From Candidatus Bathyarchaeota archaeon (lineage in GTDB: Archaea; Thermoproteota; Bathyarchaeia; Bathyarchaeales; Bathycorpusculaceae): a stretch of DNA of 64,000 bases. The stretch is taken from NCBI GenBank assembly GCA_963767735.1, contig CAVYES010000005.1, forward strand, positions 320,001 to 384,000, read 5' to 3'. The number at the start of each line of letters is the position of its first letter. Position 1 is the first letter of the stretch. Position numbers and translations under genes: made by a program. Shown here piece by piece: positions 1-10,076 of the stretch. The notes below the pieces were generated by a model. That model was not told where the DNA came from. It saw nothing but the letters and a program-made list of their open reading frames with translations, and did no database searches.

Positions 1-637
1 CAAGCCAGACTTGCACATTGTAGTTGCTGACCCTCACAGGCCTGGAGACGAACTTAGATATCATCCTGGCGAAACAAACCTGAGAATGGCAAATGTAGTT
101 GTCATTAACAAAGTGGATACAGCTGACCCTGAAAATGTGAAGACCGTCAGAAAAAATGTCATAAGCGTAAACGCTGAAGCTGAAATAATTGAAGCAGCTT
201 CCCCCATCACCGTTGACAAGCCAGAACTTGTAGCTGGAAAAAGGGTACTTGTTGTTGAAGACGGTCCAACAGTGACCCATGGACAAATGGCCTATGGAGC
301 AGGAGCGTTAGCGGCAAAGATGCTGGGAGCCAAAGAACTGGTGGATCCCCGCCCCTACGCAGTGGGCTCGATTGCTAAAACGTTTGAGAAATATCCACAT
401 TTAAAATCTGTTCTTCCAGCAATGGGCTACAGTTCAGAACAGATACATGAGCTGGAGCAAACAATAAACGCTACACCATGCGACACAATTCTCATAGGAA
501 CGCCGATAGACCTGCGCAGATTCCTCAACTTAAACAAGCCAAGCGCCAAAGCCACCTATGAGCTTCAAGAAATCGGAACACCCAATCTTGAAGAAATCCT
601 AAAGAACTTTTTTTTCAAAACCGCAAAAAACAGTTGA
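1..637 (+). CDS. Predicted GTPase / cyclic 2,3-diphosphoglycerate synthetase-like protein (COG2403), 5'-truncated by window
   Basis: Frame open to the window start (KPDLHIVVADPHRPG); motifs INKVDTA, VVEDGPTVTHG, LPAMGYS, IGTPIDL typical of the family. Confidence 0.8.
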   Translation, partial: KPDLHIVVADPHRPGDELRYHPGETNLRMANVVVINKVDTADPENVKTVRKNVISVNAEAEIIEAASPITVDKPELVAGKRVLVVEDGPTVTHGQMAYGAGALAAKMLGAKELVDPRPYAVGSIAKTFEKYPHLKSVLPAMGYSSEQIHELEQTINATPCDTILIGTPIDLRRFLNLNKPSAKATYELQEIGTPNLEEILKNFFFKTAKNS

Positions 638-705
638 CGCCAGCACCCTTATAAGAAAAATGTCAATTAAAAACACAAACGTTACGCGGTATCAGGCGAA
701 ATGAA

Positions 706-1410
706 ATGTCCGAAAAAACTCGTTCTGACCCTAAGAGGGTCTTAAAGCAGTTACTTGAGGGCAACATCAAGTATGTCAAAAAGTATTCTTCAGAATTCGA
801 CCAGCTTAAATTGAAGCAGACTCCGAAAGTTACCTTATTGGCATGCTGCGATTCCAGGGTTCCACAGAACCTATTTGACATTGATAGCCCAAATGAGATA
901 TTCACCGTAAGAAACATCGGCAATCAATTCCGCAATTCAGAAGGCTCAGTTAAGTATCCAATAATTCATTTGCATACCCCGCTCTTAATCGTGTTGGGTC
1001 ATACGGGCTGCGGAGCCATAAAGGCAGTTTTGTCTGACTATAGAGAAGACGACGACGCCATACAAAAAGAGGTCATCGGCCTTGTCAATTCTATAAGGGT
1101 AGCCAACCAGACCAGGGACATGACCAAGATTGCTGACGAAAACCAGAAACTCGCGATATACGGCCAAGCCAATGTAGACCAACAGGTAAACAAGATTATG
1201 GCAGAGTACAGCGTGAAAGCAAAAATCCAAAAACAGAAGCTCTATGTCGTCGGTATGGTTTTTGACATCCACGGCGTCTACGGTGGAAAGCTTGCCCAAG
1301 TTTACATTACAAACATCAATGGCATAACCGACATCGATGAGATCAAGAAGCATGATCTTGCCGCTGAGATTGGAAAAGATATAATTAGTCAGAAATTCAA
1401 GAGATTGTAA
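706..1410 (+). CDS. Beta-class carbonic anhydrase
   Basis: CCDSRV, RNIGN, LGHTGCGA zinc-binding motifs. Confidence 0.92.
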   Translation: MSEKTRSDPKRVLKQLLEGNIKYVKKYSSEFDQLKLKQTPKVTLLACCDSRVPQNLFDIDSPNEIFTVRNIGNQFRNSEGSVKYPIIHLHTPLLIVLGHTGCGAIKAVLSDYREDDDAIQKEVIGLVNSIRVANQTRDMTKIADENQKLAIYGQANVDQQVNKIMAEYSVKAKIQKQKLYVVGMVFDIHGVYGGKLAQVYITNINGITDIDEIKKHDLAAEIGKDIISQKFKRL

Positions 1411-1560
1411 CGGATCATGGATGTGAAACTGACGGCGTGCTCATAGTTCCCTAAATAGAGAGTTTGGTGAGTTTAAGTCATAGGAAGTTTGCTAAGAACT
1501 CCTCAGCATTCACCAAGTAATCTTCATAAAAGATATAGTTTTTGACCTAAACTTAACGAT

Positions 1561-2253
1561 TTAGTCTTTACTTTGCTTTTCTGACAATATCTTTAGGACC
1601 TCTTCCTCCGTTAGGTCGTACCAGTTCTCGTAAGCGTCTGCGACGGCGAATGACGGTCCACTTCTTATGTTGAGACATATGATCTTGTCTGCTTCGGGAA
1701 GGAGAAGTTCGATGGCACCTAACGAAGCTGTCGGTACAGCAACAACTATATTTTTAGGCATACTCTTCCTTGCGGATCTTGCTGCAGCCAGCATAGTGAA
1801 GCCCGAGGCAAGCCCGTCGTCGACGAATATGACAATCTTGTCCCTTAAATGGGGCATCGGTTTATCTTGTCTGAACAATCTAAGTCTATCTTGAATATTT
1901 CTTTTAGTCTTCAAGATTGACTCCGCTATCTCTTCTTTGGTCAGGTCCAGCTGCTCAACAAGAGGTTCGTTTAGAACTGTTTCTCCATCCCAGGTTACTG
2001 CCCCGAATCCAGCTTCAGTGTTCCATGGAATTTGGATTTTCCTAACTATCACCACATCCATCGGAACGCCAAGTTCTTTTGCAACCACGTAGCCGACGGG
2101 AACTCCACCTGCGGGAACAGCTAGGACGATAACATTCTTTTTACCGCGATATTCTCGAAGTTTCTGTGCCAAAAAGTTGCCTGCCTGAAATCTGTCTCGA
2201 AACACGTTCAGTCGTTCCCTTAAAGAGGGTTCCTCAATGATCTGGGCAATCAT
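1561..2253 (-). CDS. Phosphoribosyltransferase family protein (COG1926-like)
   Basis: FRDRxQAG, VPAGGVPVG, VDDGLASGFT PRPP-binding loop. Confidence 0.9.
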   Translation of the reverse strand: MIAQIIEEPSLRERLNVFRDRFQAGNFLAQKLREYRGKKNVIVLAVPAGGVPVGYVVAKELGVPMDVVIVRKIQIPWNTEAGFGAVTWDGETVLNEPLVEQLDLTKEEIAESILKTKRNIQDRLRLFRQDKPMPHLRDKIVIFVDDGLASGFTMLAAARSARKSMPKNIVVAVPTASLGAIELLLPEADKIICLNIRSGPSFAVADAYENWYDLTEEEVLKILSEKQSKD

Positions 2254-2393
2254 GACTTAAAACCTAACACGGATAAACCATGAAATCCGCTGTGTCTTAA
2301 TTACATATTTTCTGCCTATAACGATTTGCTAAACTGTAAAAACATTAGGGCGACTGGAATGAAAACGAATCACTTCTTTATGATTAAATTTCA

Positions 2394-3221
2394 TTATGGT
2401 AATCTGATGCTGTAAAATCTCATCAAGTTAGATGGGTTAATAACCAGTACAAAGGGGCAGCCTCCGTACACTCGCGTTGAGCTAACTGTAATCACCTGTC
2501 GATGATGCATAAAGTAAGGACCTTTTGATGCTTTTTGTGGTTCATGGCTTCGCACTATTTTCTTGATGCCCAGATTTTCGCAAACCTTCGATGTCACGTC
2601 GAATCCGAATTCAACACCAGCACCTCGGTTTGCGTTCGGCTTCTCGCCTTGCCCTTCAAATGGGTCTGACCATAATACATCAGTTTTCACTTCGTCAGTT
2701 GGATGTTTCAGGTCATCTTGGCTTCTTATTCTGCTTGAAATCCCCCCGTGAACAAAAAGTAAATTTTCGGGAACAATAGCAGCCAAATTAAGATCCCGCA
2801 GGAAGCTTTTCAGTGTTTTTTCAAAATATTCCGACCAAATGCCGTTTTTTCTCAATACTTCGCCGGGTAGGGTGCTTGGATAAAAATTCGGTTCTCCACT
2901 CTCCGAATAATCTTCGTGGTTTCCTCTGAGCAAAACGATGTTCAGAGGTTTACTATCTCTTAGGCGGCTTAAGGCATCTATGATCTCCATCCCGAAAACA
3001 CCTCTATCGCCGTAATCGCCCAGAAATATCAGGCAATCTTTCGCTGGATCAGCCACATGGAGCAAAGAACGAAAAGAGTCATAATCACCATGAAGATCTC
3101 CAATCACCAGTAGCCTTCTAAATTTAGACAGCTGCTGCTTATCCAATTCAACCAACTGTGATTCCATCTTATCGCTCACCCAATTGACATAATACCCTGC
3201 TTCCTTTCTATCCGATGTCAA
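2394..3221 (-). CDS. PPP-family Ser/Thr protein phosphatase (metallophosphoesterase)
   Basis: GDLHG, GDYGDRG, LRGNHE, HGG, DVLWSDP, RGAG..FG, RSHE motifs; true start may be the ATG near 3167. Confidence 0.9.
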   Translation of the reverse strand: MTSDRKEAGYYVNWVSDKMESQLVELDKQQLSKFRRLLVIGDLHGDYDSFRSLLHVADPAKDCLIFLGDYGDRGVFGMEIIDALSRLRDSKPLNIVLLRGNHEDYSESGEPNFYPSTLPGEVLRKNGIWSEYFEKTLKSFLRDLNLAAIVPENLLFVHGGISSRIRSQDDLKHPTDEVKTDVLWSDPFEGQGEKPNANRGAGVEFGFDVTSKVCENLGIKKIVRSHEPQKASKGPYFMHHRQVITVSSTRVYGGCPFVLVINPSNLMRFYSIRLP

Positions 3222-4212
3222 CAGGTGTCATCGTTCGTTCTGTTCCGCACTTGCTACATTTTTCTATTGATAGGTACCCGGATGTTTTGCGTTGGTATTT
3301 GATTGGGCCTTCAGGGTCAGGGTAGAGAGTTGTTTTTTCTGCTATGGTTCCTCGTTTTATTGGTGTAAATTCGTGTGTGGTTCTCTTTAGAACTTCTAAA
3401 ACTCTGAAATTATCTTCAAGCTGGGTTTTGAGCTCTTCGGATTTGGCTAATTGACCCTTGTCGAAGTTTTCTAGTTGCGATTTAATTGATTTTAGTTTGC
3501 CAAGAGAGGTTTTCAGTTGATTTATCTGGGCTGTTGCTTCCGTTATGGGTTCGTACTTGTTAATGGTTTTGTTGATGTTTTCAATGTCAGCCGATATTAA
3601 GGCTAAGTTATTTTTGATTGTTGCATAGTTGTTTACTGCTTTGGTCAGGCTTTTGTTTTGTTCAGTCAGTTTTTCTATTTGAGGCTTGTACTGTGAGAAT
3701 TTTTGGTCGTAATTTTGAGGGTCTATGTGGCATAAAGGTTGTTGGTTTTCAATTTCTTTTGTCGCCTCAAGAAATTTTGTGGCTTCTTGCTCAATTTTGT
3801 CAATCAGGTTTCTATCAGGAACTTGATAGTTTTGCCATTTATCTCCAATTGATTTCATTTTATTAACAGTGCCCGATCTTAGCTTTGTTTTTCTTTCTTG
3901 TTGTATTGCTTCTTGCAGTTGCCTGGTAATTCGGGCGGTTTCGGCTTTTGCTAAAGCTTCCATCGCTGTTTTTCCTTTTGGAGTCAGCTCAAAACCAACT
4001 TTGCCTTGCAAGTAAACTTTGCGGATCAAATTTTTTGCGCTCAGTCTTTTGATGCTCATCTCTGCTTCTTCGCTGCTGATTTCCATTTTGCTGCTGATTC
4101 GAGCAAGCGCCAGTCTTTCCGTTAAATCAGCTATACTTTTCTTAGACAGATAATTTACGATAGCATCGTCTACTGATAATTTGCCTTCATCGCCAATGCT
4201 CGTGTCGTCCAA
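3208..4212 (-). CDS. Hypothetical protein: N-terminal winged helix, long coiled coil, C-terminal CxxC
   Basis: wHTH-like IKRLSAKNLIRK..GFELTPKGK, heptad-rich middle, CSKCG near the end. Confidence 0.7.
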   Translation of the reverse strand: MDDTSIGDEGKLSVDDAIVNYLSKKSIADLTERLALARISSKMEISSEEAEMSIKRLSAKNLIRKVYLQGKVGFELTPKGKTAMEALAKAETARITRQLQEAIQQERKTKLRSGTVNKMKSIGDKWQNYQVPDRNLIDKIEQEATKFLEATKEIENQQPLCHIDPQNYDQKFSQYKPQIEKLTEQNKSLTKAVNNYATIKNNLALISADIENINKTINKYEPITEATAQINQLKTSLGKLKSIKSQLENFDKGQLAKSEELKTQLEDNFRVLEVLKRTTHEFTPIKRGTIAEKTTLYPDPEGPIKYQRKTSGYLSIEKCSKCGTERTMTPVDIG

Positions 4213-4295
4213 CCTCGATCAATACGGTTAGTGCAGAGGTAAATAAATTCAACTGGGTACGCTCAAAGATTAAGCTAGTCTTCAAGCATTTGTTT

Positions 4296-4655
4296 TTACC
4301 AATCAGGTTTTCTCTTCCAAATGTTAAATGTACATTGACCCCAACAGTAAGAACCAGCCTTGTATTGACAGCCATTACAGCCAATGCCTGTGAATTTAGG
4401 TACAGACTCTTTTTTTGTTTGAACCCGGACAAATACCTTTTTTGGTTCTTCACTTTGATTCGCAGACACGCCTTCTTTTTGGTACTTCAAACGCAGTGGA
4501 CATTTTTCGTAAATTGAAGAATCGGAAAAAATGGATTGAGGACAAGTTTGACCTCCGCAATGACGAATGACTAATTCAAATTCCCCAAAACCAGTCTCAA
4601 CTTTAGCATATTCACAACAAACCACTTTCACTTTCCCCCAGTCCAAACTCCTCAA
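4296..4655 (-). CDS. Cys-rich hypothetical protein
   Basis: 119-aa ORF with multiple Cys (CNGC..C..C), co-oriented upstream of 3208-4212. Confidence 0.5.
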   Translation of the reverse strand: MRSLDWGKVKVVCCEYAKVETGFGEFELVIRHCGGQTCPQSIFSDSSIYEKCPLRLKYQKEGVSANQSEEPKKVFVRVQTKKESVPKFTGIGCNGCQYKAGSYCWGQCTFNIWKRKPDW

Positions 4656-4763
4656 TCAAGTATAAAGCCTCATCACGCTTATCTTGTTTTACTTCTTAAT
4701 TGGTTATTGCGCAAAAAATATTAACATGCGATGCCTTTTCGATTGGCATTAAGGTAAGGCTAA

Positions 4764-6266
4764 TTGTCCAAACCGACTAAAGCTCGCGGCGTAGAAGAGA
4801 TTAACGAGAAAATTCGCAACGGCGATGTTCAGGTTTTAACCGCTGAAGAAATGAAAAAACTAGTTGAAAGCAGCGGCGTTGAAGTTGCCTTTAAAGAAGT
4901 TGATGTTGTTACAACAGGAACTTTTGGTGCCATGTGTTCGTCAGGCGCAGTTATTAACCTTGGGCACTCAGACCCGCCAATTAAAATTGAGCACGCATGG
5001 ATGAACGACGTGGAAGTTTGCCATCCTGGCGCAGCGGTGGACCTGTTTATTGGAGCAACTAACATGTCTGAGAAGCAGCCTTTCGAGTATGGCGGCGGAC
5101 ACGTAATCCAAGACCTTGTTGCAGGCAAAGAGGTTGAACTACGCGCCACAGCTTACGGTACTGACTGTTACCCGAGAACTCAGCTTAAAACAACATTAAC
5201 AAAAGACGATTTAAACCAGTTTTATCTTTTGAATTTCCGCAACTGCTACCAACGGTACAACTGCGCAGTGAACACAAGTGACGAAGCCATCTACACTTAC
5301 ATGAGCAAACTCTTGCCACGACTGCGAAACGCGACGTTTTCTGGAGCAGGCGAATTAAACCCGCTCATGAACGACCCAGATTACGAAACAATCGGTATGG
5401 GGACAAGGATTTTTCTTGGCGGAGCACAAGGCTACGTGATTGGTGAAGGAACGCAGCATAGCCCCAAAAACCTAAACGGGACCTTGATGGTTAAGGGCGA
5501 TGCGAAGAAGATGTCTCCTGAATTCTTGCAGGGCGCAGCCTTCACGCGCTACGGGACTTCAATGTACGTTGGGCTAGGTATTCCTATTCCAATTTTGAAT
5601 GAGGGCTTAGCAAAGAAGACAGCGATTCGTGACAGCGAAATCATGACGGATGTGGTCGATTACAGCGTGCCGCGTAGAGACCGACCGAAACTTCGGCAAG
5701 TGAGTTATAAAGAGCTAAAGTCTGGCTCTATAATGATTAATGATAAGAAAGTCAGGGTTAGCAGCCTGTCTAGCTTAAAGATGGCTAAGAAGGTTTCTCA
5801 GACACTGAAGTCTTGGATTGAGGATGGCACGTTTTTCTTAACTTCACCCGTTGAGCGGTTGCCTACTGACAGTGTGTTTAAGCCTATGAGGCAGACGGAG
5901 GAAATACCGTTCGTCGTGAGCGTTATGCATCCCGCGGTCACATGCACTGAGAACGAGGAGATACGTGCTATTGCCGAGCGGATTGTAACTAAATCGGTTA
6001 ACCACATCGTGGTTGTTGACGACGCTGGCAAATTGAAGGGCATCGTTACTTCCTGGGATGTCACTAGGGCGATGGCGGAGGGCAAAAAAGCGTTAGCCGA
6101 CATAGAGACACATAACGTGGTGACTGCTAAACCCGATGATCCGCTAGAGATTGCTTCGAAACGGATGGCTCAACATAACATTTCAGCGCTACCAGTGATT
6201 GATATAGAAAATAAAGTGATGGGCATAATCACGTCAGAAGACGTGTCTAAACTCTTGGGGCGATAA
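4764..6266 (+). CDS. Homocysteine biosynthesis protein (DUF39 + CBS pair; L-aspartate semialdehyde sulfurtransferase, MA1821-like)
   Basis: DVVTTGTFGAMCSSG, YGGGHVI, GTDCYPR, LNPLMNDP, C-terminal CBS domains. Confidence 0.92.
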   Translation: MSKPTKARGVEEINEKIRNGDVQVLTAEEMKKLVESSGVEVAFKEVDVVTTGTFGAMCSSGAVINLGHSDPPIKIEHAWMNDVEVCHPGAAVDLFIGATNMSEKQPFEYGGGHVIQDLVAGKEVELRATAYGTDCYPRTQLKTTLTKDDLNQFYLLNFRNCYQRYNCAVNTSDEAIYTYMSKLLPRLRNATFSGAGELNPLMNDPDYETIGMGTRIFLGGAQGYVIGEGTQHSPKNLNGTLMVKGDAKKMSPEFLQGAAFTRYGTSMYVGLGIPIPILNEGLAKKTAIRDSEIMTDVVDYSVPRRDRPKLRQVSYKELKSGSIMINDKKVRVSSLSSLKMAKKVSQTLKSWIEDGTFFLTSPVERLPTDSVFKPMRQTEEIPFVVSVMHPAVTCTENEEIRAIAERIVTKSVNHIVVVDDAGKLKGIVTSWDVTRAMAEGKKALADIETHNVVTAKPDDPLEIASKRMAQHNISALPVIDIENKVMGIITSEDVSKLLGR

Positions 6267-6269
6267 AGC

Positions 6270-6701
6270 GTGGTTAGACTTCTTTTAAGATTCACTGAAG
6301 AACAAGTGCCGCAGCCTATAGCTTCTCAAATAATTATTGAGTACAAAGTGCCAATGGTAATTTTGTCTGCGTTCATAAACTCTAAGGGCGGCGAAATACT
6401 CATTGAAATCCCAGACGAGCAGCAGGAAAAAATAGTAAAAGCTTTCAGGGAAAGAGGCATCTCAGTAATCGTTCCCAAATTAATCGAGGTAGATACTGAG
6501 AAATGTTTCAGCTGCGGCTCCTGTGTGGCCCTTTGCCCTGTGGAAGCCATAAGCATAGACAAAGATTCCACCGTACAATTCAACAAGGAAAAATGTGTCG
6601 GCAGCACCTGCAGCATCTGCGTTGACGCATGTCCAGCTAGAGCGATAAAATCAATCAAACAAACCAGCTCTGAGCAACCAGCAAATAATAGGAAAAAATA
6701 A
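6270..6701 (+). CDS. NIL domain + 2x[4Fe-4S] ferredoxin (MA1822-like partner)
   Basis: NIL-like N-terminus; CFSCGSCVALCP and CSICVDACP; follows the DUF39 gene. Confidence 0.88.
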   Translation: MVRLLLRFTEEQVPQPIASQIIIEYKVPMVILSAFINSKGGEILIEIPDEQQEKIVKAFRERGISVIVPKLIEVDTEKCFSCGSCVALCPVEAISIDKDSTVQFNKEKCVGSTCSICVDACPARAIKSIKQTSSEQPANNRKK

Positions 6702-6703
6702 CG

Positions 6704-7408
6704 TTGACAGGAAGCCTATTCAAAGAAAACTTTATTCTAAAAGAAACACAATGCACCATAATTTCAGATAAACGGCAAGCCATCCGAGCAGCCACAGCAT
6801 CCATTAAACGCAACAGGGAAGAACTCGAAATTTATGTAAGAGCCCATCCCAAGTTCTTGTATACGCTAAAGCCAATCCCGCCGCCAGAAAAACCTCTTGT
6901 GGCCAAATTGATGGCTTTAGCTGCAGAAAAAGCAGACGTTGGACCCATGGCGGCTGTTGCTGGAGTCATAGCAGACTTAGCAGTAAACGACATGACCTGT
7001 GAAGGCTGCAAAGTCGCTGTTGTGGAAGACGGCGGCGAAGTCTCAGCAATATCAAACACGCCTGTTGATGTGGCAGTTGCCGCTGGAGAAGAGCCCCTGT
7101 CAAAACGGTTCGGCTTTCGGCTCACAGAATTCCCAATCGGCATCGCTACCAGTTCAGGACGATTTAGCCATGCTTTAAGTTTTGGTGATGCGGAGGCAGC
7201 GACGGTTTTTTGCAAAAACGCCTCGTTAGCCGATGCGGCAGCCACAGCCGTGGGCAACGTTGTTAAAGGCGAAAACGCAGAAGCGGCGATCAAATCGGCA
7301 ATCGACAAAGGACTATCGATTGAAGGTGTGGAAGGAGTGCTCATAATCTACAAAGGCCAAGTGGGCACCGCAGGCAAAATCCCTCAAATAATCAAAGTTG
7401 AACCATAA
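6704..7408 (+). CDS. UPF0280 / ApbE-like protein (COG2122)
   Basis: VGPMAAVAG, EDGG, GIATSSG, SFGDAEA, ADAAATA motifs. Confidence 0.9.
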   Translation: MTGSLFKENFILKETQCTIISDKRQAIRAATASIKRNREELEIYVRAHPKFLYTLKPIPPPEKPLVAKLMALAAEKADVGPMAAVAGVIADLAVNDMTCEGCKVAVVEDGGEVSAISNTPVDVAVAAGEEPLSKRFGFRLTEFPIGIATSSGRFSHALSFGDAEAATVFCKNASLADAAATAVGNVVKGENAEAAIKSAIDKGLSIEGVEGVLIIYKGQVGTAGKIPQIIKVEP

Positions 7409-7499
7409 AAATAAGCAAAAAGCAGCTTACCAAAAAACACCTGCACTGAGGAATAACAATAGCCAAATTTTAATAAGCGTGCCGAGTTTACTAAATTAA

Positions 7500-8249
7500 G
7501 TGAGGTTTCTTGTCATCTCTGAAGGAGGTTTAAAGGTGGATTCTGTTGAGAAAATAAGAGAGGCGCTGGGTATAGAAAGGGAAGCAGTGGGAGTGAAATA
7601 CTCCGATGAGTCCCCTATAGCCAAGGTGGCTGAGGGCCAATATTCCGTGTGTGATGGCATTCTAGAGGCTGCTGGTGGCAAAGTGATAATGCTCTCGAAG
7701 GAGACCTGCTCTTGTCCCGGAGGAAGAAGCATTATTGGGCTTACTGAAAGGCGAGAAGTGCCGCTTAGGCTGCTTGTTGAAGGGGAGAAGCTTTGGTGCG
7801 ATGTTAAGACGGCGATGAGGTCGTTCATTGAATCTGAGAAGATTGCTAAACCACCTCTTGGTATTGCCAGCAAGGTCTATCTGTATCCAGTTAGCAAAGA
7901 CATTTTCGTTCCTGATTTAATCATCTTCCTCGTGAATGCAGAACAGGTATCAAGACTAATTACGTTGGCTCAGTTTTGGGATGGCAAGACCCCGCCATTT
8001 GAGATGAAGGGGTCGCTTTGCTGGAGCAGCATAACCTACCCTGTTGTGTCAGGTAACTTTAACGTGACTGCCGGTGATATAAGCGCAAGGCGAATGGTTG
8101 GATGGGACAAGAATACACTATTCGCCTCCGTTCCAGTAGAGAAAATAAAGGGAATCGCCGATGCCATAGATAAAAGCACAGCTGGTACAGCTAAGCCATC
8201 TAGCCGATTCATTAAACTGACCGAAACTATAAGGTTAGGGAAAAAATAA
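7500..8249 (+). CDS. DUF169 family protein
   Basis: AVGVKY, CPGGRSIIG, PDLIIFLVNAEQVSRL, GDISARR. Confidence 0.8.
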   Translation: MRFLVISEGGLKVDSVEKIREALGIEREAVGVKYSDESPIAKVAEGQYSVCDGILEAAGGKVIMLSKETCSCPGGRSIIGLTERREVPLRLLVEGEKLWCDVKTAMRSFIESEKIAKPPLGIASKVYLYPVSKDIFVPDLIIFLVNAEQVSRLITLAQFWDGKTPPFEMKGSLCWSSITYPVVSGNFNVTAGDISARRMVGWDKNTLFASVPVEKIKGIADAIDKSTAGTAKPSSRFIKLTETIRLGKK

Positions 8250-8435
8250 CTGGCCACTCGAAATTGCCTCCCGAGTTCAGGTTTCCTTTGAATAGGAAAC
8301 TTGTAGGTCTATGTTTTCGTTGTCTTCGAAGACTTTTTCAGAAGAGCTCAGAGTTTCCTCAACCAGAGTGGAGTTCCTCTATTTCTGGCTTGCCTGTAGC
8401 TTTGTCTGTGTTTCTTTGGATTTGTCTTGCGCTTG

Positions 8436-8630
8436 TTAATTCTTATTCTCAATGAGAAACATGAACATGAATATCATGCTTAACACAAAGGCAATAAATC
8501 CAAGTCCAATAAATGTGAAAAACGGTACATGGTTAATAAATAGGGCGTTTAGGGGAACTTGGTCGATTATTATTCTTGCTGCAATGTAGAGCCAAAGAAG
8601 AAAAGTGTATAACCAGAGAGTAGCGAACAA
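8436..8630 (-). CDS. Small two-TM membrane protein
   Basis: Two hydrophobic segments; GGAGG upstream suggests a slightly earlier start (~8651). Confidence 0.6.
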   Translation of the reverse strand: MFATLWLYTFLLWLYIAARIIIDQVPLNALFINHVPFFTFIGLGFIAFVLSMIFMFMFLIENKN

Positions 8631-8976
8631 CGCTTTCTTTTTCTTAATAATCTAACCTCCAACATCAGCGATCACGTATTAAGAACTACTTTGCATCAAT
8701 CCGCCTTAAAGAACATTCACCTAACTTTTATCCTCATTGGGAGTCTGACGAGGTTTCCAAGGGGCAGGCTCGTCGATTAGTCTTATGGTAATCTGCTCAT
8801 TGTTAACAGACACAATTATCTCTGAGCTTGGACTAAGCTCATTTGATGCGAGACGGCTCTTTCAAAATAGCTTTTCAATTTCTGATGAACGAGCGTGCTT
8901 AAAAAAGGGAAAACCCTTTGTCATTCATGAAAACTCTTAAATTATACAATTCCCAACTGAACTGCAAGGTCCTTTC

Positions 8977-9993
8977 ATGTCATCAAACACTAACAAGCTG
9001 GAAATCCAAAGCTATGACGATAAAGAAAAAATGTTCCTTGTGAAATCACCTATGGGAAACATCGTGAAGGTTCAGGATACCTTTGCAGAAATGTTCCCGC
9101 TTTGGGTAGGAAGAGTTTTAATTACTGCTCAAAACGAGAAATGGGCACTTATCGCTGCAAGTTTAACTACGGGTTTTGCCACGAGCGTTATTGAGGCAAC
9201 TGCGGAAGCTGCAATCGAAAGAACTGTTCCAGCAGACCAGACCCCTGACAAACGACCCGGAGTACTTATCCAAATTTATAACCGTGACCGTTTTGAACTC
9301 AAACACCAGCTCATGCAACGTATTGGCCAATGCACCTTGACTTGTCCCACAACCGCGGCCTTCAACGGCATGGATAAATCAAAACGAACGTTAGACGTTG
9401 GCAACAGTTTACGCTATTTCGGCGATGGTTTCCAGAAAAAAGCCATGGTTGGCGGAAGAAAATGCTGGAAAATCCCAGTTATGGAAGGCAGCTTCATCGT
9501 TGAAAACGGTTTTGGCGCTATGGAAGCGGTTGCAGGCGGCAACTTTATGATTTTTGCGAAAGATCAGCCATCTGGATTGAAAGCGGCTGAAGCAGCGGCA
9601 GATGCAATCCGAGCAAATGCTCCTGACGTAATAATGCAGTTTCCAGGTGGCGTTTGTCGTGCAGGCAGCAAAGCTGGCTCGCTCAAATACAAGCTGAAGG
9701 CTTCAACTAACCATCCGTACTGCCCAACCCTGCGTGATCTTGTGCCTGACACTGTTGTTCCAGAAGGCGTAACTTGCGTTTATGAAATTGTCATGAACGG
9801 CTTGTCATTGGACGCTGTCAAAAAAGGCATGAAAGAAGGCGTAACCGCTGCAGTCGGTGTGCCTGGTGTCGTTAAGATATCTTCGGGTAATTACGGTGGA
9901 AAGCTTGGTCCGTTCAAAGCTTATCTCAGAGAAGCCATAGGCGCACCCATGCCTGAGCCAGCGACGACGCCGCCAGCTAAGCCAAAAGCCTAA
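8977..9993 (+). CDS. ftr: Formylmethanofuran:tetrahydromethanopterin formyltransferase
   Basis: DTFAEMF, TPDKRPG, RIGQCTLTCPTT, YFGDG, AVAGGN, GSKAGS, GNYGGKLG. Confidence 0.95.
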   Translation: MSSNTNKLEIQSYDDKEKMFLVKSPMGNIVKVQDTFAEMFPLWVGRVLITAQNEKWALIAASLTTGFATSVIEATAEAAIERTVPADQTPDKRPGVLIQIYNRDRFELKHQLMQRIGQCTLTCPTTAAFNGMDKSKRTLDVGNSLRYFGDGFQKKAMVGGRKCWKIPVMEGSFIVENGFGAMEAVAGGNFMIFAKDQPSGLKAAEAAADAIRANAPDVIMQFPGGVCRAGSKAGSLKYKLKASTNHPYCPTLRDLVPDTVVPEGVTCVYEIVMNGLSLDAVKKGMKEGVTAAVGVPGVVKISSGNYGGKLGPFKAYLREAIGAPMPEPATTPPAKPKA

Positions 9994-10076
9994 ATCTACC
10001 GCTTTTTATGTCGGAACTTTTATTTGATTCCTTTTAACGTTAGTTATCCAGTTAAAGATAGATTTAGTGAAGTTAT

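Noticed and set aside
8745-8900. Hammerhead ribozyme (CTGACGA / CTGATGA)
   Set aside because: No correctly placed stem II-GAAA or flanking stems.
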